The notes beneath the pieces were generated by a model. The model saw only the letters and a list, made by a program, of their open reading frames with translations. It had not been told where the DNA came from and ran no database searches. DNA of 64,000 nt from Solirubrobacterales bacterium (GTDB lineage Bacteria > Actinomycetota > Thermoleophilia > Solirubrobacterales > 70-9): assembly GCA_036009365.1 (NCBI GenBank), contig DASYLY010000091.1, positions 556 through 64,555 on the forward strand, written 5' to 3'. Of this stretch, positions 24,937 to 34,693 are shown piece after piece (position 1 is the stretch's first letter; each line of letters opens with the position of its first letter). The translations under genes and the position numbers were made by a program.

Positions 24937-27227
24937 TTCGCCGCAGGGAGCTTTAGCCCGGCGAGTTTCGGGACCTTGCAGGAAGGCAGCGGCGGCGGTG
25001 GGGGCGCTGAAACGCTCCACGAGCGCGTCGCCGGCGTCGGGTCGACGAGGCCGCTCGGAACCTTTGCCCGGACCTGGAACTGGTGGCTGCCCGGGGCCAC
25101 CGTGAACGAGGCGGGGCTGGCACAGGGCGAGAAGGCACCGGAGTCGACCTGGCATTCGAAGGCCCCCACGTCGGCGTCGGTGCGGGCGAACTGGAAGCTC
25201 GCCGCGGTGCTGGCGGTCGTGCCTTCCGGGCCGGAGATGATCGCAGTCTCAGGGAGCACCGTCTCGGTGCCCACAGGCACCAGGTGACCGAGCGCGTCGG
25301 CAACGTCGAGGCGGCCGCCGGTGACGGTTTTGCCGCTCAGCGAGGCGATCGGGTCGACGCTGTTCAGCAGCGCGCTGCGGACCTGCGTCACCGTCGCCGA
25401 CGGTTTCATCGAGAACAGCAGCCCCGCCGCACCGGTCACGTGGGGCGCCGCCATTGAGGTGCCCTGGAGGAACTCGTAGCTCGCGCCCATGCCGACGGGC
25501 TCGGCGCACTCGAGTTCGATGTCGTCGAGCCAGACGCCGTCCCCCAATCCTGGTGCGGAACCGGCGGTGTAACGGAAGCGAACCTGGACGGCGCCGCCGG
25601 GGGAGAGTTTGGTCGTGAGTTCCCGGGAGAACCGCCCCGCGGTGGTGGACGTGGAAGTGAAGCTGTCGACCAGAACGCCGTTGAGGAGGACGGAGTACGT
25701 GTAAGAGCCCCCCGTTCCAGGCACCACGTTGCGGCTTTGCAGGAGGTTGCAGGGAGCCAGGCCGGCAGGGATGGACGCCGCCGCTGACGTCGACTCACGG
25801 ACTGCGTTTGCGGTGGGTGCGGCGCCTGGAGAGTCCGTCATCCCGAATGAGGTCAGTGGTGCCTCGCTGCTTCGCTGGAAGCCCCCGTTCGTACCGGTCG
25901 CCGTCCATTTCGAAGAGAAGTCATCGACTTGGAAGCTCTCGTCGATCGGAGCATTGAAGGGGTAGGTGCTGAGCGTCTCGGTGCCAGGTGCCCCAAGGTC
26001 GACCGATACCGCTCCCCAGTCGGAGAAGCCGGCGAGGCCGTCGGCCTGGTTGGTAGCGGCGACACAGATGATGTTGTCGACCGTGCCGTCCGGGTTTGCG
26101 TCGGTCGGAACATAGTCGCAGGGGTAGTGGTGGCCTTTCGGCGCAGCTCCGCCGCCATCGTTGTCGCCGCCGTCGTTGCCCGCTGAGATCACGAAGAGGA
26201 CGTGTGGGTTGGCGGCGATCGCGTTGATGACCGTCTGGTTGAAGCTATTTCCGCCCAGTGACATGTTGGCTACCCGTGCTCCCTTCAGGCCCGCGTAGTT
26301 GATCGCGTTGATTTGGGAGGAGATCGGGCAGCGGCTGCCGCTGAGGCTGGGGAAGCGGGAGCAAACGCGCAGCGGCATGACCCGCACGTTCCGGGCTACC
26401 CCGGTGATGCCGATGCCGTTGTTGCCCGCCGCGCCCATGGTGCCTGCCGTGTGGACGCCGTGGCCGCCGGAGAGCAGGTCGTCGTCCGTGGGGTCGCCGT
26501 CGACCGGCAGAACCGACAGTTCGCTGTTTGACCCCACGAAGTCAGCGCCATGGAGGTCGTCGACGATCCCGTTGCCGTCGTCGTCGGCTCCGTTGGCGAT
26601 CTCGCCGGGGTTCGTCCAGGCGACTGGGCCGAGGTCGGGATGCTCGAAGCGGTAGCCGCTGTCGAGGTCCGCGATTACCGTCGAGGGAGTGCCGACCGCG
26701 CGGTCCCAGGCGGCAACGACGTTGGCGTCGTCACCGGCGATGGCACCGAGGAAGCCATTGACTCCCAGGCCCAGGTTCTGCAACCCCCAGAGCTGGTTGA
26801 AGAAAGGATCGTTCGGGATCCCGTGGGGTGCGCTGTAGCTGTCGCGTTCGGCGACCGCGACAGCCGGGTCGGCTTCCAGCTCCGCGACTGCGCTGCCCGG
26901 AGCCTGGCCAGGCTCCACCTCAACGAGTTGGAAGTCGGGGCTGCCGAGGTTGGTCTCGTAGTCCACATCGGCATCGGTGCGGGCGGCGACTTTGTCGCCC
27001 CGGTCGGCGCCCGGTGCCCACTGCACGATCACTCGGGCCTCGGAAAAGAGCGGCGGTGGGGTGGCCGGTGCGCCGTTCGGCACGGCTTGCTCTCCCTGCG
27101 CGGATGCGGCGGGGGCAGCCAGTAGCAGCGTCAGCAGCGCGCCGACGAAGGGGAGGCGGAGACGGGACACCGGCAGGAAGATAGGGATCTGGCACGGCAA
27201 GCTCAAACCCACTTTTGGGATTTTCAT
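24927..27227 (-). CDS. secreted subtilisin-like serine protease (peptidase S8)
   Basis: Catalytic triad contexts DSGY (Asp), HGVHTAGTMGA (His) and GTSMAAPHVTGAAGLLFS (Ser). Signal peptide. Alternative start at 27266. Confidence 0.85.
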   Translation of the reverse strand: MKIPKVGLSLPCQIPIFLPVSRLRLPFVGALLTLLLAAPAASAQGEQAVPNGAPATPPPLFSEARVIVQWAPGADRGDKVAARTDADVDYETNLGSPDFQLVEVEPGQAPGSAVAELEADPAVAVAERDSYSAPHGIPNDPFFNQLWGLQNLGLGVNGFLGAIAGDDANVVAAWDRAVGTPSTVIADLDSGYRFEHPDLGPVAWTNPGEIANGADDDGNGIVDDLHGADFVGSNSELSVLPVDGDPTDDDLLSGGHGVHTAGTMGAAGNNGIGITGVARNVRVMPLRVCSRFPSLSGSRCPISSQINAINYAGLKGARVANMSLGGNSFNQTVINAIAANPHVLFVISAGNDGGDNDGGGAAPKGHHYPCDYVPTDANPDGTVDNIICVAATNQADGLAGFSDWGAVSVDLGAPGTETLSTYPFNAPIDESFQVDDFSSKWTATGTNGGFQRSSEAPLTSFGMTDSPGAAPTANAVRESTSAAASIPAGLAPCNLLQSRNVVPGTGGSYTYSVLLNGVLVDSFTSTSTTAGRFSRELTTKLSPGGAVQVRFRYTAGSAPGLGDGVWLDDIELECAEPVGMGASYEFLQGTSMAAPHVTGAAGLLFSMKPSATVTQVRSALLNSVDPIASLSGKTVTGGRLDVADALGHLVPVGTETVLPETAIISGPEGTTASTAASFQFARTDADVGAFECQVDSGAFSPCASPASFTVAPGSHQFQVRAKVPSGLVDPTPATRSWSVSAPPPPPLPSCKVPKLAGLKLPAAKWR

Positions 27228-27346
27228 CGCCAGACCCTGTCTCAAGCTCCGCCGCCGCTCCGACAATCCCTAGAATGTGAATTCGCGTTTGGCGGGGGCC
27301 TCCGGGCCTCCGCCACGCATCGAAACCGACTTAGGAGAACGCCCGT

Positions 27347-27619
27347 ATGACCTACGTCATCGCCGAGCCGTGCATTGGCCAGAAGGACAACTCGTGTGTC
27401 GAGGTCTGCCCGGTCGACTGCATCCACCCGACGCCGGATGAGCCCGACTACGACTCGGTCGAGATGCTCTACATCGACCCGGACGAGTGCATCGACTGCG
27501 ACGCCTGCGTCGAGGCCTGCCCCGTGGACGCTTGCTTCGCCGAGGACCAGCTGCCCGCCGAGTGGGCCAAATACGCCGAGATCAACGCGAACTACTTCAA
27601 GAGCGGCCAGGCGGCCTAG
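27347..27619 (+). CDS. fdxA: 7Fe ferredoxin
   Basis: MTYVIAEPCIGQKDNSCVEVCPVDCIHP...CIDCDACVEACPVDA Cys pattern. RBS AGGAGA. Confidence 0.9.
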   Translation: MTYVIAEPCIGQKDNSCVEVCPVDCIHPTPDEPDYDSVEMLYIDPDECIDCDACVEACPVDACFAEDQLPAEWAKYAEINANYFKSGQAA

Positions 27620-27642
27620 CGCCGGCTGGCGAGGAGCTTCGA

Positions 27643-27668
27643 AAGGGCCGCCTCCGGCGGCCCTTTTT
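27643..27668. terminator. bidirectional intrinsic terminator
   Basis: AAGGGCCGCC-tcc-GGCGGCCCTT followed by TTT, between convergent fdxA and mrp. Confidence 0.6.
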
Positions 27669-27683
27669 CGTGCCCGGTCCCGG

Positions 27684-28835
27684 TTACTGGACGACCGGCA
27701 GTGGCGTACCGCTGACCGGAGGTGCTTCGGCCGCGTTCGGGGTCGCCTGCAGCACCGGTAGCTCCTGCGGCGTCATCGCGACGATGCCGCGGGCAGCCTG
27801 GCGGATTGCCTGTGAGGCTGGCGCGTCCGGTTCGGCGGTGACCAGCGGCGTGCCCGTGTCGGCGTGCTCGCGCAGCGCCTCGGAGAGCGGAACCTTGCCG
27901 AGCAGCGGCACGTCGAGCTCGTCGGCGAGTTGCTGGCCGCCGCCCTCGCCGAAGATCGTGAAGCGATCGCCATCGGGGGTGGTGAAGCCGGACATGTTCT
28001 CGATCGTGCCGAGGATCTCGAGATCGAATTTGCGCGCCATGTCGGCGCCGCGACGGGCGACCGACTGGGCCGCCGGCTGCGGCGTGGTGACGACCAGGAA
28101 CTTGGCTTGCGGCAGTAGCTGAGCCAGCGTCATCGAGACGTCGCCGGTCCCCGGTGGCAGGTCCAGCAGCAGGTACTCCAGCTCGCCCCAGGCGACGTCC
28201 TCGAGGAACTGCTGGATCGCCTTGTGCAGCATCGGGCCGCGCCAGACCACGGCCGCGTTCTCCTCGACGAAGAAGCCGATCGACATCACCTTGACGCCGC
28301 TGGGGGAATCCAGCGGCAGGATCTTGCGCTCGCCGTTGACGTCGGGCTTGGCGTTGACGCCGAGCATGCGCGGGATCGAGTAGCCATAGACGTCCGCGTC
28401 GAGAGCGCCGGTGGAGTGGCCTTCAGCGGCCAGGGCCGCGGCGAGGTTCGCGGTCATCGTCGACTTGCCGACGCCGCCCTTGCCGGAGGAGACGCAGATC
28501 ACATTTTTGACCTGAGCCAGCGCGCCCTGCGGCAGCTTGCCGCGGCCGAGAGTTTTCTGCAGGTCGCCTTTCTCCTCGTCGGAGAGGACGTCGAAGCCGA
28601 CCGCTACCTCAGTGACCCCGTCCAGCTCGCGGATCTGGGCGGCCACCGCCTGTTCGAAGTGGGAGCGGATCGGGCAGCCGGCGGTGGTCAGAGAGACGAC
28701 CACCTCGACCCGGCCGCTGTCGTGGATCTCGATCGAGCGCACCATGCCCAGCTCGACGATCGAGCGGCGCAGCTCGGGATCGATGACGGCACGCAGCTTC
28801 TCGGTGATCTGGTCTTTGGTCGGCATTAGGGCCAT
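27684..28835 (-). CDS. mrp: Mrp/NBP35 (ApbC) Fe-S cluster carrier ATPase with N-terminal DUF59-like domain
   Basis: Deviant Walker A SGKGGVGKST, CPxC-like region, and an N-terminal ITEKLRAVIDPEL...AGCP domain. Confidence 0.9.
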   Translation of the reverse strand: MALMPTKDQITEKLRAVIDPELRRSIVELGMVRSIEIHDSGRVEVVVSLTTAGCPIRSHFEQAVAAQIRELDGVTEVAVGFDVLSDEEKGDLQKTLGRGKLPQGALAQVKNVICVSSGKGGVGKSTMTANLAAALAAEGHSTGALDADVYGYSIPRMLGVNAKPDVNGERKILPLDSPSGVKVMSIGFFVEENAAVVWRGPMLHKAIQQFLEDVAWGELEYLLLDLPPGTGDVSMTLAQLLPQAKFLVVTTPQPAAQSVARRGADMARKFDLEILGTIENMSGFTTPDGDRFTIFGEGGGQQLADELDVPLLGKVPLSEALREHADTGTPLVTAEPDAPASQAIRQAARGIVAMTPQELPVLQATPNAAEAPPVSGTPLPVVQ

Positions 28836-28934
28836 TCTCGCAAAGGCGTCCCGGCGGCACCCTTCATCTATTCAGCCGGCCAGGGGGGAGAGATTGCCGC
28901 GCCCGGCACTTGACCGTCGACAGGCAGGCAAGCG

Positions 28935-31208
28935 ATGGGAGGCTGGATGTCAGGCACGCGCGGTGGTTTGGGAAGGATCGTGGCGATGGGGATCGGCTTG
29001 GCGGTGGCGCTGCTGTTGCTCGTCGCCGGCGAGGCGCGGGCCGGCAAGTACGCGGTTGCCCAGTGCGGTTGGTATGTCGGCGCCGATGCCGCCTGGTTCG
29101 ACACCACCGGTGGGGTTAAGTTCCGGCCCGACGGCTATTGCGTGCCGCCTCCAGGTGCCGATCCCTTCGACGGCGCTCATATCAAGAGCTTCACCCGCGA
29201 CGGCCAGGCAACGGTCTCCGGAACGCGCTTCGCACGCTGGCGCTGGACGGCGCCCCCCGGCACCGGCATCACCCAGGTTAGGGGCACCTGGTGGCACGCC
29301 CTTCACGACGGCCTCGAGCAGCGGCTCGGGACCGATCCCGGCAACGGCGTCCTCGACGTCTTCGCCGCCGCCACCACCACCGACGTGACGCCGCGTGAGT
29401 TCGTCGCCGGGTTTCCGACGCCGCGGGTGGCCTTCGAAGATCGCCTCCTCTGCGCCCGCGGGGAGAGCAAGTGGTGCAGCCTCGACGCGACCTCGTGGTC
29501 GGCGGTGCGGGCGTTGACGATCACCCTCGAAGACGGCTCCCCGCCCGCGGCGGGGATCGGCGGCGAACTGATCGCGCCCGGCTGGCACCGCGGCAACCAG
29601 GTCGTCGGTTTCTGGGGCGGCGAGCTCGGCGCCGGAATTCGCTTCGGCGAGACGATCGTCGACGGTGCCCGCGTCAATCTGACCGAGTACCCGTGCGCGA
29701 AAGCGTTGATCAGCGGCGAGTGGCGGGCGACCCAGATGCAGCCCTGCCCGCTTGGGCCCTCCGGCAGCGCCGTCGTCGACACCACCCGCTTCAGCGACGG
29801 CCCCCACAGCGCCCATCACTGCGCCACCGACTTCTCCGGCAACGTCGGCTGCACCGGCGCCACCACGATTGCCATCGACAACAACCCGCCGGCACACCCG
29901 CGCTCCCTGGCGGCGGCCGGAGACGAGCGGTGGCGGCGGATCAACGACTTTGATCTCTCCTGGGTCAATCCCGACCAGGGTCCGGCGAGCCCGATCTGGG
30001 GTGCCTACTGGCGGATCGTCGGTCCCGCCGGCTACGACAGCGGAGTCCAGTTCGCCGCCGGCCGCGACGTCGCCGCCGTGCCGGACCGCTCGCTGCCGGC
30101 CCCTGGCTCTTACTCCATCTATCTCTGGCTGCGCGACGAAGCCGGCAACTCCTCGTCCGCGACCGCGGTCGACGTGCCGCTGCGCTTCGACGACGTGCCG
30201 CCCGCGGTCGTTTTCGCCGTGAGTGCCGAGGCCGAGATCCCCGACCAGCTTCGCGCCACGGTGGCGGATGCGCACTCCGGGCCCGCGACGGGCGGGATGA
30301 TCTCCTACCGCCGGCTCGGCGTCGATGCCTGGACCGAGCTGCCGACCAAGACGCAGCCCGATGCCGAGCCGGGCAAGGCGAGCCTGCTCGCCCGCATCCC
30401 GGATCTCGGCCCCGGCACCTACGTCTTCCGTGCCGAGGCTGTGGATGAGGCCGGCAACACGGCGTCGACCACGCTGCGGGCAGACGGCACGCAGATGGCG
30501 ATTCGCAAGACGGGACCGGTGGCGCCGGCAGTGGCGCCGAGGCAGCCGCTGCCGCCGCGGGGCAAGGCGCGGCTGTTTGCGCGGCTGCGCGGCGGTCACG
30601 GTCGTGGCGATGCGCTGACCGTCGCCTTCGGTGCGCCGGCACTGCTCAGCGGCCGGCTCACCCGTGCCGACGGGGCGGGTGTCGGCGGGCGCGAGATCAG
30701 GGTCGTCTCCCGGTCTTCTCGCGGCGCGCTCACCCCGGTTGCCAGGGCTGGTGCCATTACCGGGGACAAGGGTGGCTTCGAGCTCCGCCTCGCTCCCGGC
30801 CCGTCGCGGCGGGTCGCCGTCGTCTTCCCCGGCGATGCCGGCCTTGCCCCCGCCACCCGGCCTTCGCTGGAGCTCCGGGTGCGCTCCGGGATCTCTTTGC
30901 GGGCGGTGCCGTCGGCTCTGCGTACGGGGCAAGCGGTGCGGCTGAGTGGCAGGGTCCGCGGGCGCGGAGCCCCGATCCCCCGCCGCGGCAAGCTGGTGGC
31001 GATCGAGTACCTCGAGGCGGCAACCGGCCGCTGGCGCCCGGTCCTGGTCACTCGCAGCGACCACCATGGTCGTTTCCGTGCCCACTATCGCTTCCGCTAC
31101 GTCGAGGGCGTCGCTTCGATTCGACTGCGCGCCACCGCGCTCGCAGAGGAGCGCTGGCCCTATGCGCCGGGCTCCTCACAGCCTGCCACCGTGCGGGTGC
31201 GGGGCTGA
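28935..31208 (+). CDS. large secreted protein of unknown function
   Basis: 757 aa with a signal/TM segment ([22 protein letters not shown]). I recognise no motif. The antisense 711-aa ORF is Arg/Gly/Pro shadow. Confidence 0.6.
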   Translation: MGGWMSGTRGGLGRIVAMGIGLAVALLLLVAGEARAGKYAVAQCGWYVGADAAWFDTTGGVKFRPDGYCVPPPGADPFDGAHIKSFTRDGQATVSGTRFARWRWTAPPGTGITQVRGTWWHALHDGLEQRLGTDPGNGVLDVFAAATTTDVTPREFVAGFPTPRVAFEDRLLCARGESKWCSLDATSWSAVRALTITLEDGSPPAAGIGGELIAPGWHRGNQVVGFWGGELGAGIRFGETIVDGARVNLTEYPCAKALISGEWRATQMQPCPLGPSGSAVVDTTRFSDGPHSAHHCATDFSGNVGCTGATTIAIDNNPPAHPRSLAAAGDERWRRINDFDLSWVNPDQGPASPIWGAYWRIVGPAGYDSGVQFAAGRDVAAVPDRSLPAPGSYSIYLWLRDEAGNSSSATAVDVPLRFDDVPPAVVFAVSAEAEIPDQLRATVADAHSGPATGGMISYRRLGVDAWTELPTKTQPDAEPGKASLLARIPDLGPGTYVFRAEAVDEAGNTASTTLRADGTQMAIRKTGPVAPAVAPRQPLPPRGKARLFARLRGGHGRGDALTVAFGAPALLSGRLTRADGAGVGGREIRVVSRSSRGALTPVARAGAITGDKGGFELRLAPGPSRRVAVVFPGDAGLAPATRPSLELRVRSGISLRAVPSALRTGQAVRLSGRVRGRGAPIPRRGKLVAIEYLEAATGRWRPVLVTRSDHHGRFRAHYRFRYVEGVASIRLRATALAEERWPYAPGSSQPATVRVRG

Positions 31209-31248
31209 CAGCTCATCGGCGCGCGGGCGATCGGTAGGGTGCGGGGAG

Positions 31249-31707
31249 ATGTCGCGAGCGACGCTTCACACCAACGCCGGACCGATCGTCTTCGAGCTGC
31301 ACGACGAGGACGCGCCGAAGACGGTTGAGAACTTCCGCAAGCTCGCCGCCGACGGTTTCTATGACGGCCTGGTCTTCCACCGGATCATCCCCGACTTCAT
31401 GGTCCAGGGCGGCTGCCCGCAGGGCACCGGCACCGGTGGTCCGGGCTACACCTTCGAGGACGAGTTCAATGACCACAAGGTGGCGCGCGGGGCGCTGGCG
31501 ATGGCAAATGCCGGGCCCAACACCAACGGCTCGCAGTTCTTCATCGTCACCACCGAGGCTGCCCCCTGGCTCGATGGCAAGCACACCGTCTTCGGCGAAG
31601 TCGTCGAGGGGATGGACTTCGTGGACGCGATCGAGGCTGTCGAGACCGACGCTTCCGATCGTCCGCTCGAGCCGCAGGGCATCGAGCGGGTCGAGCTCTC
31701 CGAGTAG
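31249..31707 (+). CDS. cyclophilin-type peptidyl-prolyl cis-trans isomerase
   Basis: [25 protein letters not shown]...[15 protein letters not shown]. Confidence 0.92.
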   Translation: MSRATLHTNAGPIVFELHDEDAPKTVENFRKLAADGFYDGLVFHRIIPDFMVQGGCPQGTGTGGPGYTFEDEFNDHKVARGALAMANAGPNTNGSQFFIVTTEAAPWLDGKHTVFGEVVEGMDFVDAIEAVETDASDRPLEPQGIERVELSE

Positions 31708-31708
31708 C

Positions 31709-32245
31709 TCAGTCCCCCTCGCTCGGCTCTGGGCCCGGGATGAGCATTCGAGACCAGAAGTTCAGCCACTCCCGCTGGTGGGCGAGCCCGATCCGGAGCG
31801 TGAGCAGCATGCCCTCCGGGACGTTTCCTTCGATGTTCCGCTCCAGCTCCTCGAATTCGGTCACTTTGGCTTGGCACACCGGAAGCTGGGCTTCCGCCAT
31901 CTGTCGGGGATCGGCACCGAAGAAGATCTTCAGCATCGCCGGGTTCCGTAGCTCGGCCATCTGCTCCGTCGGCTGGGCCAGCCACTCTCGCAGGACCTCC
32001 TTGCCCCGCTCGGTCAGCCGGTAGTAGCGCCGGTGCCGTCCACCCTCCTCGCGCCGCTCGGACAGGTAGCCGCCCTTGCTCAGCCGTACCGGCTCGGCAT
32101 AGAGCTGGGCGTGGGGAAGTGACCAGAAGTTGCCGAGGCTGATCGCGACTATTCGCTTCAGGTCATAGGGGGTGGCCTCGCCGGCCGCCTCGAGTAGGCC
32201 GAGGACGATGTAGGAGGTGGGAGTTAGGCGCGGTTCGCTTGACAT
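31709..32245 (-). CDS. PadR-family transcriptional regulator (long form)
   Basis: YIVLGLLEAAGEATPYDLKR...RRYYRLTERGKEVL. ATG at 32245. Confidence 0.8.
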   Translation of the reverse strand: MSSEPRLTPTSYIVLGLLEAAGEATPYDLKRIVAISLGNFWSLPHAQLYAEPVRLSKGGYLSERREEGGRHRRYYRLTERGKEVLREWLAQPTEQMAELRNPAMLKIFFGADPRQMAEAQLPVCQAKVTEFEELERNIEGNVPEGMLLTLRIGLAHQREWLNFWSRMLIPGPEPSEGD

Positions 32246-32301
32246 AGCTTCTGAAAATGATATTTGTTGCACGGTCCGAAGCAGACCATCAGGGAGGTGC
32301 T

Positions 32302-33735
32302 GTGGTGACGACGCTGGAGGCGGAGACAGTAACCAGGCCCGGATACCTGGCGGGCTTCGCTTCCCTCGATTCCGAGATCGAGCTCGACTCCCTGCCGGTC
32401 GAGGGCGAGATACCTGCGTGGCTGAGTGGGACGCTGCTGCGCAACGGCCCGGCAAAGTTCGAGGCAGGGGAGAGGGCGCTGCGGCACTGGTTCGACGGCC
32501 AGGCGATGCTGCACCGCTTCTCCTTCGACGGCGGCCGGGTCTCCTACGCCAATCGTTTCCTGCGCACCGATGCCTACCGCGAGGTCGAGGCGGGACGGAT
32601 CTCCTACAGCGAGTTCGCCACCGATCCTTGCCGCTCGGTCTTCAAGCGGGCGGCGACGATGTTCCGCCCCAACCCCACCGACAACTGCAACGTCAACCTG
32701 ACCAGGCTGGGGGACGAGTACGTGGCGATGACCGAGACGCCACTACCGATCGCCTTCGACCCGGTCACGCTTGAGGGGCTCGGAGTCGCCTACACACCGC
32801 CGGGGACGCACGCCACCGCGCATCCCCACCATGACCCCGGGCGCGACGAGCTGATCGCCTATGCCACCCACTTCGGGCCGCGCTCCGAGTACCGGCTGTT
32901 CGCCCAGCGGGGTCGCTCTAGCCAGCGGCGGATCGCCTCGTCGCAGGTTTGCGAACCCTCTTACATGCACTCCTTCGCGCTGACCGAGCGCTACATCGTG
33001 CTCGTCGCCTTCCCCTTCGTCGTCAACCCGCTTCGTCTTGGCCTCGGCAGCCGGCCGTTCATCGAGAACTACCGCTGGAAGCCGGAGCTGGGGACGAAGA
33101 TCCTCGTCTTCGACCGCGAGGACGGCAGCATGCGCGGCACCTATGAGGCCGAGCCGCGCTTCGCCTTCCACCACGTCAACGCCTTCGAGCGTGGCGACGA
33201 GCTGACGATCGACATGGTCGCCTACGACGACCCCACGATCGTCGAGGCGCTGCACCTGGATCGGCTGCGGACGGCAGCTCCTCTCGCAGCGGGGCGGCTG
33301 CTGCGCTACCGGGTCTCGCTCGGGTCCGGCGCCGTCGCCGAGGAAGAGCTGAGCGGGGCGAGATTGGAGCTGCCGCGAATCGACTATCGCGAGCGCAACG
33401 GCCGGCCCTACCGCTATGTCTACGGCGCCGGTATCCACTGCGCAGGTGGGGGCGAGCCGGGCGACTTCCTCAACCAGGTCGTCAAGGTCGACGTCGAGAG
33501 CGGCGGGGCGACGACATGGTGGGAACCGGGCACCTATCCGGGCGAGCCCGTCTTCGTGCGCTCGCCACAACCCGATCGCTCCGAGGATGTCGGGGTCCTG
33601 CTCTCGGTTGTCCTCGACGGCCGCAGTGCCAGCTCCTACCTGTTGGTGCTGGACGCCGTGACCATGGAGGAGCTGGGGCGGGCGCGGGTGCCGCACCACA
33701 TTCCCTTCGGCCTTCACGGCCAGTACTTCGCTTAA
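32302..33735 (+). CDS. carotenoid/apocarotenoid cleavage oxygenase (RPE65/CCD family)
   Basis: LRNGPAKFEAG..HWFDGQAMLHRF.., FHHVNAFE and further conserved His contexts. RBS GGGAGG before GTG 32302/32305. Confidence 0.85.
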   Translation: MVTTLEAETVTRPGYLAGFASLDSEIELDSLPVEGEIPAWLSGTLLRNGPAKFEAGERALRHWFDGQAMLHRFSFDGGRVSYANRFLRTDAYREVEAGRISYSEFATDPCRSVFKRAATMFRPNPTDNCNVNLTRLGDEYVAMTETPLPIAFDPVTLEGLGVAYTPPGTHATAHPHHDPGRDELIAYATHFGPRSEYRLFAQRGRSSQRRIASSQVCEPSYMHSFALTERYIVLVAFPFVVNPLRLGLGSRPFIENYRWKPELGTKILVFDREDGSMRGTYEAEPRFAFHHVNAFERGDELTIDMVAYDDPTIVEALHLDRLRTAAPLAAGRLLRYRVSLGSGAVAEEELSGARLELPRIDYRERNGRPYRYVYGAGIHCAGGGEPGDFLNQVVKVDVESGGATTWWEPGTYPGEPVFVRSPQPDRSEDVGVLLSVVLDGRSASSYLLVLDAVTMEELGRARVPHHIPFGLHGQYFA

Positions 33736-33782
33736 CGCCAGGCGCATGAGCTCCGCGGCCGGCTTGGCTCGGTCGCGGAGAC

Positions 33783-34502
33783 TCAGCCTTCCGCGCGCTC
33801 GGCGCGGCGGCGGCGCAGTGCCTCGCCCGGCCGCCAGAGGCTGACCAGGCCAGCGACCAGGGTGACGAGGAAGATCTGGCCGATCATCATCTCCAGCCCG
33901 GCCAGCATGCGACCGGGCTGTCCGCCAGGGACGAGGTTGCCGTAGCCGGTCGTGGTCAGCGTCGTGTAGCTGAAGAAGAGGAAGTCGTTGCCCTGCGGGC
34001 TGGGTATGCCTTCGAAGAAGGGACCGCCCTGGATCCGCTCGATCATCCCGTAGGCGAAGGTGAAGAGGATGCCGAGCACGGTGTAGACGCTGATCGCGCC
34101 GAGGATCGTCCGTGAGCCGACCTCGGCAGTGGTGATCACCCGGCGCAGGACCGCGGCCATCGCCAGGGTCAGCAGCCCGATCTGGATTACCGAGGCGAGG
34201 TTGAGAAAGGTGCGCTCGTCGCTGACCGCGGCGATCGCCGCCAGGCCGATCGTCAGGGCCGAGAGCCAGATTGCGCCCCGGACCAAACCGGGCTTGACAT
34301 GGGAGCTGGTCAGGGCGACGACCGACGTGGCACTGGTGGCGATGGTCAGGATCACTGCCGACCAGCCGTGGTTGTCGAGCAGGGAGGTGAGGACGTAGGT
34401 CGTCAGCACCAGGAGGAGCACCAGTCCGAAGGCGTCCCGGACCCTCTCCGCCCTCTGCACCCAGCGCTCGCGTCGGCGCGCGCTGCTCTCAGCCCTGTTC
34501 AT
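33783..34502 (-). CDS. two-TM-type potassium channel (ion_trans_2)
   Basis: Selectivity filter TTLTTTGYGN. Confidence 0.75.
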   Translation of the reverse strand: MNRAESSARRRERWVQRAERVRDAFGLVLLLVLTTYVLTSLLDNHGWSAVILTIATSATSVVALTSSHVKPGLVRGAIWLSALTIGLAAIAAVSDERTFLNLASVIQIGLLTLAMAAVLRRVITTAEVGSRTILGAISVYTVLGILFTFAYGMIERIQGGPFFEGIPSPQGNDFLFFSYTTLTTTGYGNLVPGGQPGRMLAGLEMMIGQIFLVTLVAGLVSLWRPGEALRRRRAERAEG

Positions 34503-34585
34503 TCCTCGCTCGTTCGTTCGGCCGCCGCCGTTTCCTGCTGTCGCACTGCGACGTCCTCTAACCGAGGATGCGAACGCACGCGTAA

Positions 34586-34672
34586 CGGAGGGGGTGGGAT
34601 TCGAACCCACGAGCCCCTTGCAGGGCCACCGGTTTTCAAGACCGGCGCATTCAACCGCTCTGCCACCCCTCC
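34586..34672 (-). tRNA. tRNA-Ser (anticodon TGA)
   Basis: Cloverleaf read by eye: acceptor GGAGGGG/CCCCTCC, anticodon loop CTTGAAA, long variable arm, TPsiC GGTTCGAATCC. No encoded CCA. Confidence 0.9.
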
Positions 34673-34693
34673 GGGGGTTGATTGGATGGTGTC

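Noticed and set aside
24751-25155. 134-aa ORF overlapping the 3' end of the S8 protease as a full gene
   Set aside because: The portion overlapping the protease is out-of-frame shadow. Only the last 61 codons (from ATG 24936) are unexplained, and they are treated as a probable frameshifted protease tail.
28950-31085. 711-aa minus-strand ORF opposite the large secreted protein
   Set aside because: It is extremely Arg/Gly/Pro/Ala-rich without a signal peptide or motifs. The plus-strand frame has a signal peptide, structured Cys spacing and normal composition.
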